This document shows positions 40,700 to 51,923 of a stretch of 64,000 bases of DNA, one piece after another. Under the pieces are notes generated by a model. The model worked only from the letters and a program-made list of their open reading frames with translations, ran no database searches and was not told where the DNA came from. The translations under genes were made by a program, and so were the position numbers. Positions within the stretch are counted from its first letter, which is position 1; each line of letters starts with the position of its first letter. The DNA is taken from positions 695 through 64,694 of the forward strand of contig JAAZNF010000085.1 in assembly GCA_012798435.1 (NCBI GenBank), read 5' to 3'. The DNA comes from Myxococcales bacterium. GTDB lineage: Bacteria; Myxococcota; B64-G9.

Positions 40700-42757
40700 G
40701 TGAGCACTAGGACCGCGGTGTTTTTCGTGGTGGTGTCGGCGCTGCTCGGCGGGCTTTGTGCCTCAGGCGCGGAGCCGGTGCGGCCCATGGGAGGCGGCAT
40801 GTTCATATCCGAGAAGGTGGTGGCGGAAGCCCGGGCTCAGATCCTGAAGAAGACCGGTGAGCGCGAGGTGGCCCGACTCGAACGCGGCCTTGCACAGGTC
40901 GCCCGCTTGTGGCGGGAGGAAGACGGCCCGGCCGAGGAGTTCGTACGCTTCTGCACCGAACACTACGCCACCGGGCCCGAGCGGGACGAGCTGTTCGCCC
41001 GCTTCGAGGAGAACCTCGAGGCGGTGACCGGGCACTTCCTCTCGCTCTCCTTGCAACTGCGCCGGCACTTCGACGAGGAGCGCGGTTCGCTGCTGCCGCT
41101 CGATCACCTGCTCACCGGTTGGGACGCCGGGGCGCACGTCAACGAGGATCTGTTCACCGCCAAGATCGCCTTCGTGGCGCTGCTGAACTTCCCGCCGCCG
41201 TCCTTCGAGGAGGTGGTGAAGTCCGGCGAGCGCTGGAGCCGGCGCCAGTGGGCCGAGGCCCGCCTGGGGCAGCGCTTCGCCCACCGGGTCCCCGGCAGCG
41301 TGCAGCAGGCCCTGGCCAAGGCCTACGCCCAGGCGGAGGCCTTCACCGATCGCCTCAACATCCGCATGGACAAGGTGGTGGGCGCGGACGGGAAACCCCT
41401 GTTTCGCGGAGGGTTGCGCCTGCTCTCCCACTGGGGCCTGCGCGACGAGCTCAAGGCCCTGTACGCCGACCCGCAAAAGAACCTGCCCTTGCAGCGGATC
41501 ATCCTCACCATCATGGAGCGCATCGTCCGCCAGGAGATCCCCGAGGCGGTGGTCGACAACGACAAGGTGAGCTGGGATCCGGTGGCGAACACGGTGGACG
41601 GGAAGGCCTCCCCGCGCATGCCGGACACGCGCTACGAACGGTTGCTCGGGGTTTTTGGCGCCCACCAGCTCGAGGATCCCTACTACCCCGACGCCCCCAC
41701 CCACGTGGATCGGCGCTTCCGGATCAATCGCGAGATCCCGGAAAAGGACGTTCAGGCGCTGTTCGAGGCGGTGCTGCGCGCCCCGGTGGGCAAGGAAGTG
41801 GCCGTCCTGATCGAGAAGCGCCTCGGCCGCAAGCTGGAACCTTTCGACATCTGGTACGACGGTTTCAAGGCGCGCGCCAGCTTCGACGAACGAGAGCTCG
41901 ACCGGCGCGTGGTCGCCGAGTACCCGGACGCGGCGGCCTTCGAGCGCGCCATCCCGAGCATTTTGCGCAAGCTGGGCTTCGACCCGGTGGTGGCGGACTT
42001 CGTCGGCTCGCGCATCCGGGTGGATCCGGCGCGCGGCTCGGGGCACGCCTGGGGGCCGGGCATGCGCGGCGATGACGCGCACCTGCGCACGAGGGTCCCC
42101 GCCGGCGGCATGAACTACAAGGGCTTCAACATCGCCATGCACGAGCTGGGGCACAACGTCGAGCAGGTGCTCTCGCTCTACAACCTGGACCACACCCTGC
42201 TCCAGGGCGTGCCCAACACCGCCTTTACCGAGGGCTTCGCCTTCGTGTTCCAGGCCCGTGACCTGTTGGTATTGGGGCTCGACAAACCCGACCCTTCCGC
42301 CGAGGCCCTGCGGGTGCTGGACGACTTCTGGATGACCCGCGAGATCGCCGGGGTGGGCCTGCTGGACATGCGGGTGTGGCGCTGGATGATCGCAAACCCC
42401 AAGGCCACGCCGGCCGAGCTTCGCGAGGCGGTGGTGAAGATCGCGAAGGAACTGTGGAACGACTTCTACGCGCCGGTGTTCGGGGTGAAGGATAGTCCGA
42501 TCTTGGCCATCTACTCGCACATGGTGAGCAACGGGTTGTACTTGCCCGACTACCCGCTGGGGCACATCATCGCCTTCCAGGTGGAGGACTACTTCAAGAG
42601 CCGTCCGCTGGGAAAAGAGATGGTGCGCCTGTGCTCCCAGGGCAGCGTCGCCCCCAACGTGTGGATGAAGCAGGGGGTGGGCGCGTCCATCTCGGCCGAG
42701 CCCATGCTGAAGGCCGCCCGCGCGGCGGTGGCAGAGCTGAAAAAGAAAACCCGCTGA
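40700..42757 (+). CDS. Exported putative zinc metallopeptidase (gluzincin, M3/M32-like)
   Basis: Signal peptide; HELGH plus downstream NTAFTEGFA; HM...LY..DYPLG. Confidence 0.65.
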   Translation: MSTRTAVFFVVVSALLGGLCASGAEPVRPMGGGMFISEKVVAEARAQILKKTGEREVARLERGLAQVARLWREEDGPAEEFVRFCTEHYATGPERDELFARFEENLEAVTGHFLSLSLQLRRHFDEERGSLLPLDHLLTGWDAGAHVNEDLFTAKIAFVALLNFPPPSFEEVVKSGERWSRRQWAEARLGQRFAHRVPGSVQQALAKAYAQAEAFTDRLNIRMDKVVGADGKPLFRGGLRLLSHWGLRDELKALYADPQKNLPLQRIILTIMERIVRQEIPEAVVDNDKVSWDPVANTVDGKASPRMPDTRYERLLGVFGAHQLEDPYYPDAPTHVDRRFRINREIPEKDVQALFEAVLRAPVGKEVAVLIEKRLGRKLEPFDIWYDGFKARASFDERELDRRVVAEYPDAAAFERAIPSILRKLGFDPVVADFVGSRIRVDPARGSGHAWGPGMRGDDAHLRTRVPAGGMNYKGFNIAMHELGHNVEQVLSLYNLDHTLLQGVPNTAFTEGFAFVFQARDLLVLGLDKPDPSAEALRVLDDFWMTREIAGVGLLDMRVWRWMIANPKATPAELREAVVKIAKELWNDFYAPVFGVKDSPILAIYSHMVSNGLYLPDYPLGHIIAFQVEDYFKSRPLGKEMVRLCSQGSVAPNVWMKQGVGASISAEPMLKAARAAVAELKKKTR

Positions 42758-42767
42758 AGCCAGGTTC

Positions 42768-43307
42768 TCAGAAGCGCCAGTGCAGGGCGAGCCCGTTTCC
42801 GGTGGGGACGAGGCGCAGGCCGGCGGTATTGTCGCTCAGGTTGTTGTTGCGCAAGTCCTCGGGGCCGGGGAGGGTGGCCAGCAGCACGATGCCGGTGATG
42901 AGCGCCGCCCCGCCGGCGATGGTGGCCATCAGGAAGCCCCAGGCCTGCGGATCCTCCTTGTAGGCGATGTCGGCGCCGTAGATGATGGTGGCCTCGATGG
43001 GCACGGTGAGCAGACCCAGCGCCAGGCAGGCCCAGCCGGCAGTGCGCCGCGCGGTGCGGCTTGTGTCCATTTCTTTCCATTGCTCCAGCGAGGCCTGGTA
43101 GCTCACCGCCAGCGCGTACTCGGCGGGGTCCAGGCCGGCGGCGTTCCACTCGTCCTTGGTCGGTGGCTGATAGCCGGAGGCCGGAGGCGGCGGGGGCGGT
43201 ACGGCCTGGGGATCCTCAGCGGTGATGGAGGTGACGCCTTCTTCCTGACCGAGCGCGGCGAGGGGCGAGAGCAGCAGAAGAGACAGGATGAGGATGGTCA
43301 GACGCAT
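42768..43307 (-). CDS. Hypothetical exported/membrane protein
   Basis: Signal peptide, two hydrophobic segments, terminal WRF; GGAGG RBS. Confidence 0.6.
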   Translation of the reverse strand: MRLTILILSLLLLSPLAALGQEEGVTSITAEDPQAVPPPPPPASGYQPPTKDEWNAAGLDPAEYALAVSYQASLEQWKEMDTSRTARRTAGWACLALGLLTVPIEATIIYGADIAYKEDPQAWGFLMATIAGGAALITGIVLLATLPGPEDLRNNNLSDNTAGLRLVPTGNGLALHWRF

Positions 43308-43375
43308 GGGCGGTCCTCCCTTCGAGTACATCTGATTCTAGCCGCTCGCGTGCCAAAGACAAGAATGCGGCCGGT

Positions 43376-44782
43376 TCAGTAGCGCGCCTCCAGCGAGGTG
43401 GAGAGCAGCAGCACCCGCGAGCGGTAGCTGCCGTTCAGCGGTGACTCGAGCGCGTTGCCGCGGACGTCGTTCTCCAGGTAGAAGATGGCGTTGGTGCCGA
43501 CGGTGAAAAACAGCCGCGGCATGGCCGGCGCGCATCCGCTGAGCGCCTCCAGCAGACCGCTCAGGTCGAGGCGGGTGCCCAAGGCCAGGCCGATCTTCAG
43601 CGAGTCGAAGATGTCCGCCCCTTGTGCCTGGTCCGGGATGGCGTTCTCGTCGATCCCCACCCCGCCGAAGAACATCCACCACGGCACGGGGAACACCCGT
43701 GCCCCGAAACGCACGTCCAGCGTGTCCCGGTACTGGCGATGGCTGATGAACTCCTTCTGCTCCGAGAGCAGCCTCCCCGCCAGGCCGCCGATGTCGGGGA
43801 AGGCGAGCTCGTGCACCCGGATGCCGGTGAACTGCGACCAGGCCACGTACTCGAGGTTCAGGCGCAGCACCAGCCAGTCGGTAAGGTCTACGTGGACGCC
43901 GGCGCGCAGGGCGGCGGGCAGCACCAGCGCCATGCGCGCGTGCGACTCGACCGTGTCCGCCTGTCCCGTCGGCACGAACAGCGGCGGCAAGGTGACGCGG
44001 GCGGTCCCGGAGAGGTCGAGCTCGGCGCTGCTGGTGAAGCTGAGGCCGATGCGGAGCCATCCGGCCGGCAAGAGCAGCAGGCCCACCGACCAGCCGGGGT
44101 CGTCGCCGCTGAAAGAGAGCGCGCTCACTGCCGAGGTGGCCAGCGTCTCGGGCGGATAGAGCCCCGAGCCGACGTCGAGCAATCGGGTGAGGGCGAGCCG
44201 GGTGTGGATCCACGACACCCCCGCCCCGAAATACACCCCCTCGGCGAGCCTCAGCGACACCGTCGGGGTGAAGAAGTACGTCTCCAGGTTCCCGGAGAGC
44301 GCCTGGTAGGCCTGGGCCGGCGCCGCCTGGTCGGGCGGGGCCTTGGCCCGCTCGGCCGCGACATCCCAGGCGGGCCAGTCGGAGCGGTTGCCGTAGGGGA
44401 CGTAGCAGCCGAAGCCCAACGTGAGCCACTCGTGGCGCGGCAGCTTCCAGGTGAGCGCGGCCATGGGCATGACCGCGAAGGTCGCAAGTTTCCCCGGGTC
44501 GGGCTTGCGTATGCCAGGGTCGAAGCCCGGGTCCCAGGCGCGTTCGAAGGACGCCTCGCGCCAGATCCAATTGGCGTCGAGGAAGACGCTCGCGCCGTCG
44601 ATGGCCCCGGTGGCCGCGGGGTTCCAGAAGGTGGCCGCCCCGTTGGGCTCGGTGGGGCCAGAGAGGTCGCCGCCCATCTTGGAGACCATGAACCCCGAGG
44701 CCGAGGCCGGGTCGAACCCGAGGACGGCGGGGCCCAGGACGAGCGATGCCAGAAGGACCGCCAGGAAAGGGCGTCTTTGCAT
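43376..44782 (-). CDS. OmpP1/FadL family outer-membrane transporter
   Basis: Signal peptide, FWNPAA, PYG, WSQF, terminal Tyr. Confidence 0.85.
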   Translation of the reverse strand: MQRRPFLAVLLASLVLGPAVLGFDPASASGFMVSKMGGDLSGPTEPNGAATFWNPAATGAIDGASVFLDANWIWREASFERAWDPGFDPGIRKPDPGKLATFAVMPMAALTWKLPRHEWLTLGFGCYVPYGNRSDWPAWDVAAERAKAPPDQAAPAQAYQALSGNLETYFFTPTVSLRLAEGVYFGAGVSWIHTRLALTRLLDVGSGLYPPETLATSAVSALSFSGDDPGWSVGLLLLPAGWLRIGLSFTSSAELDLSGTARVTLPPLFVPTGQADTVESHARMALVLPAALRAGVHVDLTDWLVLRLNLEYVAWSQFTGIRVHELAFPDIGGLAGRLLSEQKEFISHRQYRDTLDVRFGARVFPVPWWMFFGGVGIDENAIPDQAQGADIFDSLKIGLALGTRLDLSGLLEALSGCAPAMPRLFFTVGTNAIFYLENDVRGNALESPLNGSYRSRVLLLSTSLEARY

Positions 44783-44833
44783 CGGTCCAATATATCCCGG
44801 CACCCCCGCTGGCGCCAAATTCCGCGCCGCGCG

Positions 44834-44919
44834 TAGCCTTCGCTCGGCTTGTCGCCGGGTCTGCCTCCGCCCAACCTGTGCCGTCAAGGGTTTTCAATCG
44901 CTTCGCTCGCCCTTGACGG
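44834..44919. repeat. REP-like mosaic repeat, copy 1
   Basis: TAGCCTTCGCTCGGCTTGT identical to 59209-59227; 10-bp stem enclosing TCGCTTCGCTC. Confidence 0.65.
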
Positions 44920-45064
44920 AGGTCGGGCTGCGGCTGAGATCGCTGACATGAGGAGCATGCAGGCATGCTCCTCTCTGCACAGGAGGATTTCCTGTTCATT
45001 GATGGCAGGTCTTATCCCGGCCTTTCCTTGTTCGTGAGTGTTTCCCGGTTCTTTCCTGGGTGTT

Positions 45065-45085
45065 CACGGGGGCAAAGCCCCCGTG
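45065..45085. terminator. GC hairpin downstream of cydB (possible terminator)
   Basis: CACGGGGGC-AAA-GCCCCCGTG; no U-tract. Confidence 0.4.
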
Positions 45086-45122
45086 CTATCTGCCCGTGGC
45101 GTGGCTGAGTCAGGCGAGGGGG

Positions 45123-46148
45123 TCAGTAGCTGGACTCGGGGTCGAGCGACTTCTCGTCCAGCGTCTCGCGGAACCTGTAGTACACCCAGGTCTGGTAGCC
45201 GATGACCAGCGGCAAGAACACGATCACCACGCCCAGCATGATCTTGAGCGTGAGCGGGCTGGAGGCGGAGTTGAAGGCGGTGATGGAGGCGGCGGGATCG
45301 AGGCTGGAGGGCAGCAGCTCGGGGTAGCGCCCGGCCACGCCGAACAGCGCCGCCCCCATGACGAGCGCACCGCTCGAGAACCACGCCCGCCAGGGGGCGC
45401 CGCGCGCGGCGAACACGCGCGTCATCACCAGGCCGGCGAGCGCCAGCGCGGGTAGAACCAGCAGGTAAGGCCGCGACAGCACGTTGTGCCACAGGGGCGT
45501 GGTGAAGCCGGTGGTCACCAGGAAGGCCGCCGACAGCACGGCCGCGGCGGGCCACAGCATCCTGGCGGCGCGGTCCGTGCGGGCGCGCAGCTCGCCCTGG
45601 CTGCGCGTGGCCAGCCAGTTCGCGCCGTGGAGCATAAACAGCGTGACGAACAGCGCCCCGCCCAGCAGGCCATAGGGGTGGAGCAGGGTGAGCAGGTTGC
45701 CTTGGAGACGCCCGCCGGCGTCGAGCGGAATGCCCGAGAAGATGTTGGCGAAGGCGACGCCGAAAAGCAGCGCCGGCACGAAGGAGCCCACGACCAGGCA
45801 GCCGTCCCACACGGCGCGCCAGCGAGGCGAGTCCACCTTGGCGCGGAACTCGAAGGCCACCCCGCGCAGGATGAGCGCGAACAGGAGGAGCAAGAGCGGG
45901 GTGTACAGGCTCGAGAACATCACCGCGTAGGCGCGCGGGAAGGCGGCGAAGGTCACCCCGCCGGCGGTGATCAGCCACACCTCGTTGCCGTCCCAGAACG
46001 GCCCCATGGCGTTGACGATGACCCGCTTGTCCCCCTCGCTCCGAGCCAGGAACGGGAGTAGCGTTCCCAGCCCCAGGTCGAATCCGTCCAGGGCGAAGTA
46101 CACCGCCCAGGCCAAACCCCAGATCGAAAACCAGATGGTTTCCAGCAT
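45123..46148 (-). CDS. cydB: Cytochrome bd oxidase subunit II
   Basis: LDGFDLG, GPFWDGNEVWL, RGVAFEFR. Confidence 0.97.
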   Translation of the reverse strand: MLETIWFSIWGLAWAVYFALDGFDLGLGTLLPFLARSEGDKRVIVNAMGPFWDGNEVWLITAGGVTFAAFPRAYAVMFSSLYTPLLLLLFALILRGVAFEFRAKVDSPRWRAVWDGCLVVGSFVPALLFGVAFANIFSGIPLDAGGRLQGNLLTLLHPYGLLGGALFVTLFMLHGANWLATRSQGELRARTDRAARMLWPAAAVLSAAFLVTTGFTTPLWHNVLSRPYLLVLPALALAGLVMTRVFAARGAPWRAWFSSGALVMGAALFGVAGRYPELLPSSLDPAASITAFNSASSPLTLKIMLGVVIVFLPLVIGYQTWVYYRFRETLDEKSLDPESSY

Positions 46149-46158
46149 GAGCGTCTCC

Positions 46159-47466
46159 TCAGGCCGCCGCGGGCGGGCCCTTGCGCGCGAACTTTACGAG
46201 TAAAAAGAAGTCCACCGCCCCGAGTAGCGCGTACACCAGAAAGAACGCGCCCAGCGAGATCGCCACCTGGCTCGCTTCCAGCGGCGAGCCGGCGTCGGCC
46301 GTGCGCATCATGCCGTACACGATCCACGGTTGCCGGCCCACCTCGGTCACGATCCAGCCGAGCTGGTTGGCCAGGTACGGCAAGGGGATCATCCACGGCA
46401 GCAGGCGCAGCAGCCGGCCGGCATCCCCGGGGCGCCGGCGCCGCCAGAACGCCCACAGGCCGAAGAGCGCGAACAAGAAGCCTAGCCCCACCATGAGGCG
46501 AAAGCTCACGAACACCGGCAACACCGGCGGGCGATCCTCCCGCGGGAAGTCCCGCAGGCCCTTCACCTCGGTGTCCGGCGAGAACCCGGCCAGCACGCTG
46601 AGGCCGGAAGGCACGCTGAGCGCCTCGACGGCGTTCCTCTCGTTCTCCTCGTCGGGCCACAAGAGAAGGTGCATGGGGGCCGCCGAGCGCGTCTCCCACT
46701 GCGACTCCATGGCAGCCAGCTTGGCGGGCTGGGAGGTGCGCAGGTGGGAGGCGCTCATGTGGCCGAGGCCGATCTCCAGCACCGCGAAGACGAGCGTCCA
46801 CACCGCGGCCAGGCGGAAGGACTTCGAAAAGAACGCCTCCTCGTTCTTCTTGCGCAGGTGCCAGGCGGAGACGCCCAGCACGAAGAACCCCGACAGGATG
46901 TAGGCGCCGGTCAGGGTGTGGCCGATCTCCAGGAGCGAGGCCTTCTGGAACAGGACGGTGAAGAAGTCGTCAAGCTCGGCGCGGCCGTTGCGGATGGCGT
47001 AGCCCACCGGGCTCTGCATCCAGGCGTTGGCCGTCAGGATCCAGAAGGCCGACAGGTTGGAGGCGATGGCCACCAGCCAGATGGCCACCATGTGTAACCT
47101 GGGGGAGAGCTTGTTCCAGCCGAAGAACCACACCGCCAGGAAGGTAGACTCGAGGAAGAACGAGGCGGTGGCCTCGATGGCCAAGAGCGAGCCGAACACG
47201 TCGCCGACATGGGTCGAGTAGCGCGACCAGTTGGTGCCGAACTGGAACTCCAGGGTGATGCCGGTCACCACGCCCACCGCGAAGTTGATGAGGAAGAGCT
47301 TGCCCCAGTACTTGGCCAGCCGCCGGTACTCGGGATCGCCGCAAAAGACGAACTTCGTCTCGAAGATGGCCACCAGCAGCGACAGCCCCAGCGTGAGGGG
47401 CACGAACAGGTAGTGGAAGCAGGCAGCCATCCCGAACTGCAGCCGCGATAGCAGCACCACATCCAT
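46159..47466 (-). CDS. cydA: Cytochrome bd oxidase subunit I (short Q-loop)
   Basis: LSRLQF..FH, EFQFGTNW, QPAKLAAME, EVGRQPW; AAGGAGG RBS. Confidence 0.97.
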   Translation of the reverse strand: MDVVLLSRLQFGMAACFHYLFVPLTLGLSLLVAIFETKFVFCGDPEYRRLAKYWGKLFLINFAVGVVTGITLEFQFGTNWSRYSTHVGDVFGSLLAIEATASFFLESTFLAVWFFGWNKLSPRLHMVAIWLVAIASNLSAFWILTANAWMQSPVGYAIRNGRAELDDFFTVLFQKASLLEIGHTLTGAYILSGFFVLGVSAWHLRKKNEEAFFSKSFRLAAVWTLVFAVLEIGLGHMSASHLRTSQPAKLAAMESQWETRSAAPMHLLLWPDEENERNAVEALSVPSGLSVLAGFSPDTEVKGLRDFPREDRPPVLPVFVSFRLMVGLGFLFALFGLWAFWRRRRPGDAGRLLRLLPWMIPLPYLANQLGWIVTEVGRQPWIVYGMMRTADAGSPLEASQVAISLGAFFLVYALLGAVDFFLLVKFARKGPPAAA

Positions 47467-47509
47467 GGGCACCTCCTTGGCGCGAAAGCGCTCGGCACAG
47501 TCGCGGCGC

Positions 47510-47527
47510 TCGCAAAGATATTTGCGA
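47510..47527. promoter_or_regulatory. 18-bp palindromic operator upstream of cydA (Rex-like)
   Basis: TCGCAAA-GATA-TTTGCGA. Confidence 0.5.
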
Positions 47528-47670
47528 CAACCGCTATCTCGATAGCTCGGTTGCGGTACTCGCGTCAACTACAAACGGGCGGCGGCCGCTGTCCGCTCGT
47601 GGACGTCGGGTTGACCCCGGCCCGGCCCGGTGACACACTGCGCCTCAGGTGGGGATGGAGGTGATCCGGG

Positions 47671-48255
47671 ATGCGGCCGCGCACCGCCGCCGTGCTGGCG
47701 TGGATGTTGCTCGGGCTGTGGCTTGCTCCGGCCTCGGCCGGTCCGGCCAAGAAGCCACCCTCCGAGGTGCCGGATCTCGGCGAGTACGTGGACGAGAGCT
47801 TCGGCCCGGATCTCTTCGGGCACGTCCTGCTGCACTTTTCCGAGCACTCCTTCGGGTTCGGGGGCGGGGCGCGCTTCGCCTGGCCAATCTTGCCGCGCGG
47901 GTTCTTCGCCCACGAGAGAGTTTTCGACGCCCTGCACCTCGAGCTCACGGTGGAGGTGAGCCACTTCTTCTGGAGCGCGTCGGGCGTGCGCCACCGACAG
48001 ACGGGCCTGCTGCCGTTGCTGGGCGCGCGCTACCAGGTGTACCTCGCCCAGCGCCTCGCCGTCCTGGCCGCGGCCGCCCTGGGCGTGGGACCCCAGTGGA
48101 CCTCGGGCACCCAGGACGAGTCTTCGGCGCGCTTCGCCTGGAGCGCGGTGATCGGCGTGCTCTACGACATCGAGCCCGGCTGGATGGCGCGGCTGGAGTG
48201 GGGGTGGGGGACGTACCGCGACGAGCTGCGCCTCGGCGTCGGGGTACGCTTCTAG
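47671..48255 (+). CDS. Hypothetical OM beta-barrel protein
   Basis: Signal peptide, amphipathic strands, terminal GVRF; GGAGG RBS. Confidence 0.65.
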   Translation: MRPRTAAVLAWMLLGLWLAPASAGPAKKPPSEVPDLGEYVDESFGPDLFGHVLLHFSEHSFGFGGGARFAWPILPRGFFAHERVFDALHLELTVEVSHFFWSASGVRHRQTGLLPLLGARYQVYLAQRLAVLAAAALGVGPQWTSGTQDESSARFAWSAVIGVLYDIEPGWMARLEWGWGTYRDELRLGVGVRF

Positions 48256-49089
48256 CTATTTGCCGTCGCACACCGGGGCGGGTTTGCTGCACAGGTCGTT
48301 GTCGCCGCAAGTCAGGCCCGCCTGGCACTCGTTGCCGCCGCAGGCGGCGTTCTCGGGCTTGCGATCCTCGCACTTCTGCGTCGTCGCGTCGCAGTAGTAG
48401 TCGGGCATGCAGGCCGGCTGCACGTTGACCTCGCAGGTGGCGCCCTTGTCCAGTAGGTGCTTGCACACTCCCTCGGACTGCCCGGCCGCCTTCACACATA
48501 CGAAATAGTCGGCGCAATCCAGCGAGCTCTGGCACACGGCGTCGGCGCCTTGCAGGCCCACGTAGAAGTGCTCGCAGGTGTTGAAAAAGGCCACCAGGTC
48601 GTTCTGCCCGGTGCACTCGAGGGCGCGGAAGGCCGAAAGACACGCGCCGGCCTTGGTGGCGTCGTACTGGCCGCGGCCGGCGCTGACCGCGCTCTGCATG
48701 GGCGTGATCACGTACTGCGACAGGATGCCGGAGTAGGTGTTCACGCAGCTCGCCAGGTCGGTCCACTGGCCGTTCTGGATCTGGGCAAGCTCCGTGGGGT
48801 CGCAGCAATCCAGCAGGTTCTGGCAGGCGGCCTCGGCGAAGCCCATGGCGAAATCCGGGAGGGGGAGCTGCTGCGAGCAGGCGGCGGTCTCGAAGGTGCA
48901 GTCCTGCTTGCAGGAGAGGGTGCCGCTGTTGAACCCCTGGGAGCGGCAGGTCTGGGCGGCCAGGTTGGCGCCGTCGCACTGCTCTGTTCCCTCCACCTTG
49001 CCATTGCCGCAGCGGGCCGACTCGCCGCCGCAGGCGGAGAAGAGGAAGGCGGCGAAGCAGAAGCAGGAAAGAAGACAAGTCTTGCGCAT
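48256..49089 (-). CDS. Cys-rich lipoprotein
   Basis: FSAC lipobox, CGNGxxEGTEQCDG repeat, many Cys; AAGGAG RBS. Confidence 0.8.
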   Translation of the reverse strand: MRKTCLLSCFCFAAFLFSACGGESARCGNGKVEGTEQCDGANLAAQTCRSQGFNSGTLSCKQDCTFETAACSQQLPLPDFAMGFAEAACQNLLDCCDPTELAQIQNGQWTDLASCVNTYSGILSQYVITPMQSAVSAGRGQYDATKAGACLSAFRALECTGQNDLVAFFNTCEHFYVGLQGADAVCQSSLDCADYFVCVKAAGQSEGVCKHLLDKGATCEVNVQPACMPDYYCDATTQKCEDRKPENAACGGNECQAGLTCGDNDLCSKPAPVCDGK

Positions 49090-49246
49090 GACAGCTCCTT
49101 TGTTTTCTTGCGCGACCGGCGGTCGCGGACGGGCACTGCCCGGCGCGTACTATACGATCAATGCAGACCAAGGACAACGGGCCGGTTTTCGTTTGTACGG
49201 CGCGGCGAGCGCAAGTATGATGCGGCGCGGGAGGTGCGAAAGCGGG

Positions 49247-50077
49247 ATGACCCGGCTCTTGCTGCTCGCCTGGTTGCTTCAGCCCGCGGCCCAGATGTCC
49301 GCCGCCAGCTCGTTCGAGGCGGGCATGGCCTGCTTTGCCCGGCTCGATTTCGCGTGCGCCCGCGACCTCTTGACCGACGCGCTGCAAAGGCTCCCCGCCT
49401 CCGAGATTGACCGTCGGACCCAGGCGCGCCGGGCGCTGGCCGAATCTCACCTGGCGCTCGGCCAGCGCGAGGCGGCGGTGGCCCAGTTCGAGGCGCTCTT
49501 TCTCGAACGGCCGGGCTTCGCCATCGAGCGCCGCGGCGTGTCTCCCAAGATCCTGGACGCGCTGGACGAGGCCCGCGAGCGCCTGCGACCGACCGGCCCG
49601 CCCGCCGCGGAGCCTGCGGCGCCGACGCGCTTCGAGCTCTTCACGGACCTCGGCGCCGAGTTCGTCACGGGGACGGACCGGCGGTACCTGGCCGACGGGC
49701 CGGCCGCGGGGCTCGGGCTGCTTCGCCGGTTCGGCGCGCTGCGCCTGGGCGGCTGGTTGCGCTACACCCACCATCCCGCCGAGGCCAACTCGCGCAGCCT
49801 GCACCTTGGCGGCGGCTGTCTACTGGCGGGCTTGGCCTGGGAGACAGAACGCTGGGAGGCGCTGCTCGCGGCCGGGGTGGGCGTGGCCCGCTTCGGGGTG
49901 CCGGCGGAGGAGGGCCGCTTCGCGCTGTGGCTTCCGCTACGCGCGCGGGCGGGCTTTCGCTGGTCCGGGCGCTTCTCGACTGGCCTGGCGCTCACGCCGG
50001 GGTGGCTGCTATTGCTCGATGGCCCCGGATCCTCGTTCTCGGTGTCGCTGGAGGGCGTGGTGGGGTTCTGGTTCTAG
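49247..50077 (+). CDS. Exported TPR-like + beta-barrel-like protein
   Basis: Signal peptide, helical TPR-like N-half with SPKI, beta-rich C-half ending FWF. Confidence 0.6.
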   Translation: MTRLLLLAWLLQPAAQMSAASSFEAGMACFARLDFACARDLLTDALQRLPASEIDRRTQARRALAESHLALGQREAAVAQFEALFLERPGFAIERRGVSPKILDALDEARERLRPTGPPAAEPAAPTRFELFTDLGAEFVTGTDRRYLADGPAAGLGLLRRFGALRLGGWLRYTHHPAEANSRSLHLGGGCLLAGLAWETERWEALLAAGVGVARFGVPAEEGRFALWLPLRARAGFRWSGRFSTGLALTPGWLLLLDGPGSSFSVSLEGVVGFWF

Positions 50078-50090
50078 CGGGGATGAACGC

Positions 50091-51908
<1,818 letters not shown>

Positions 51909-51923
51909 GCGCAAGGAGGAACC

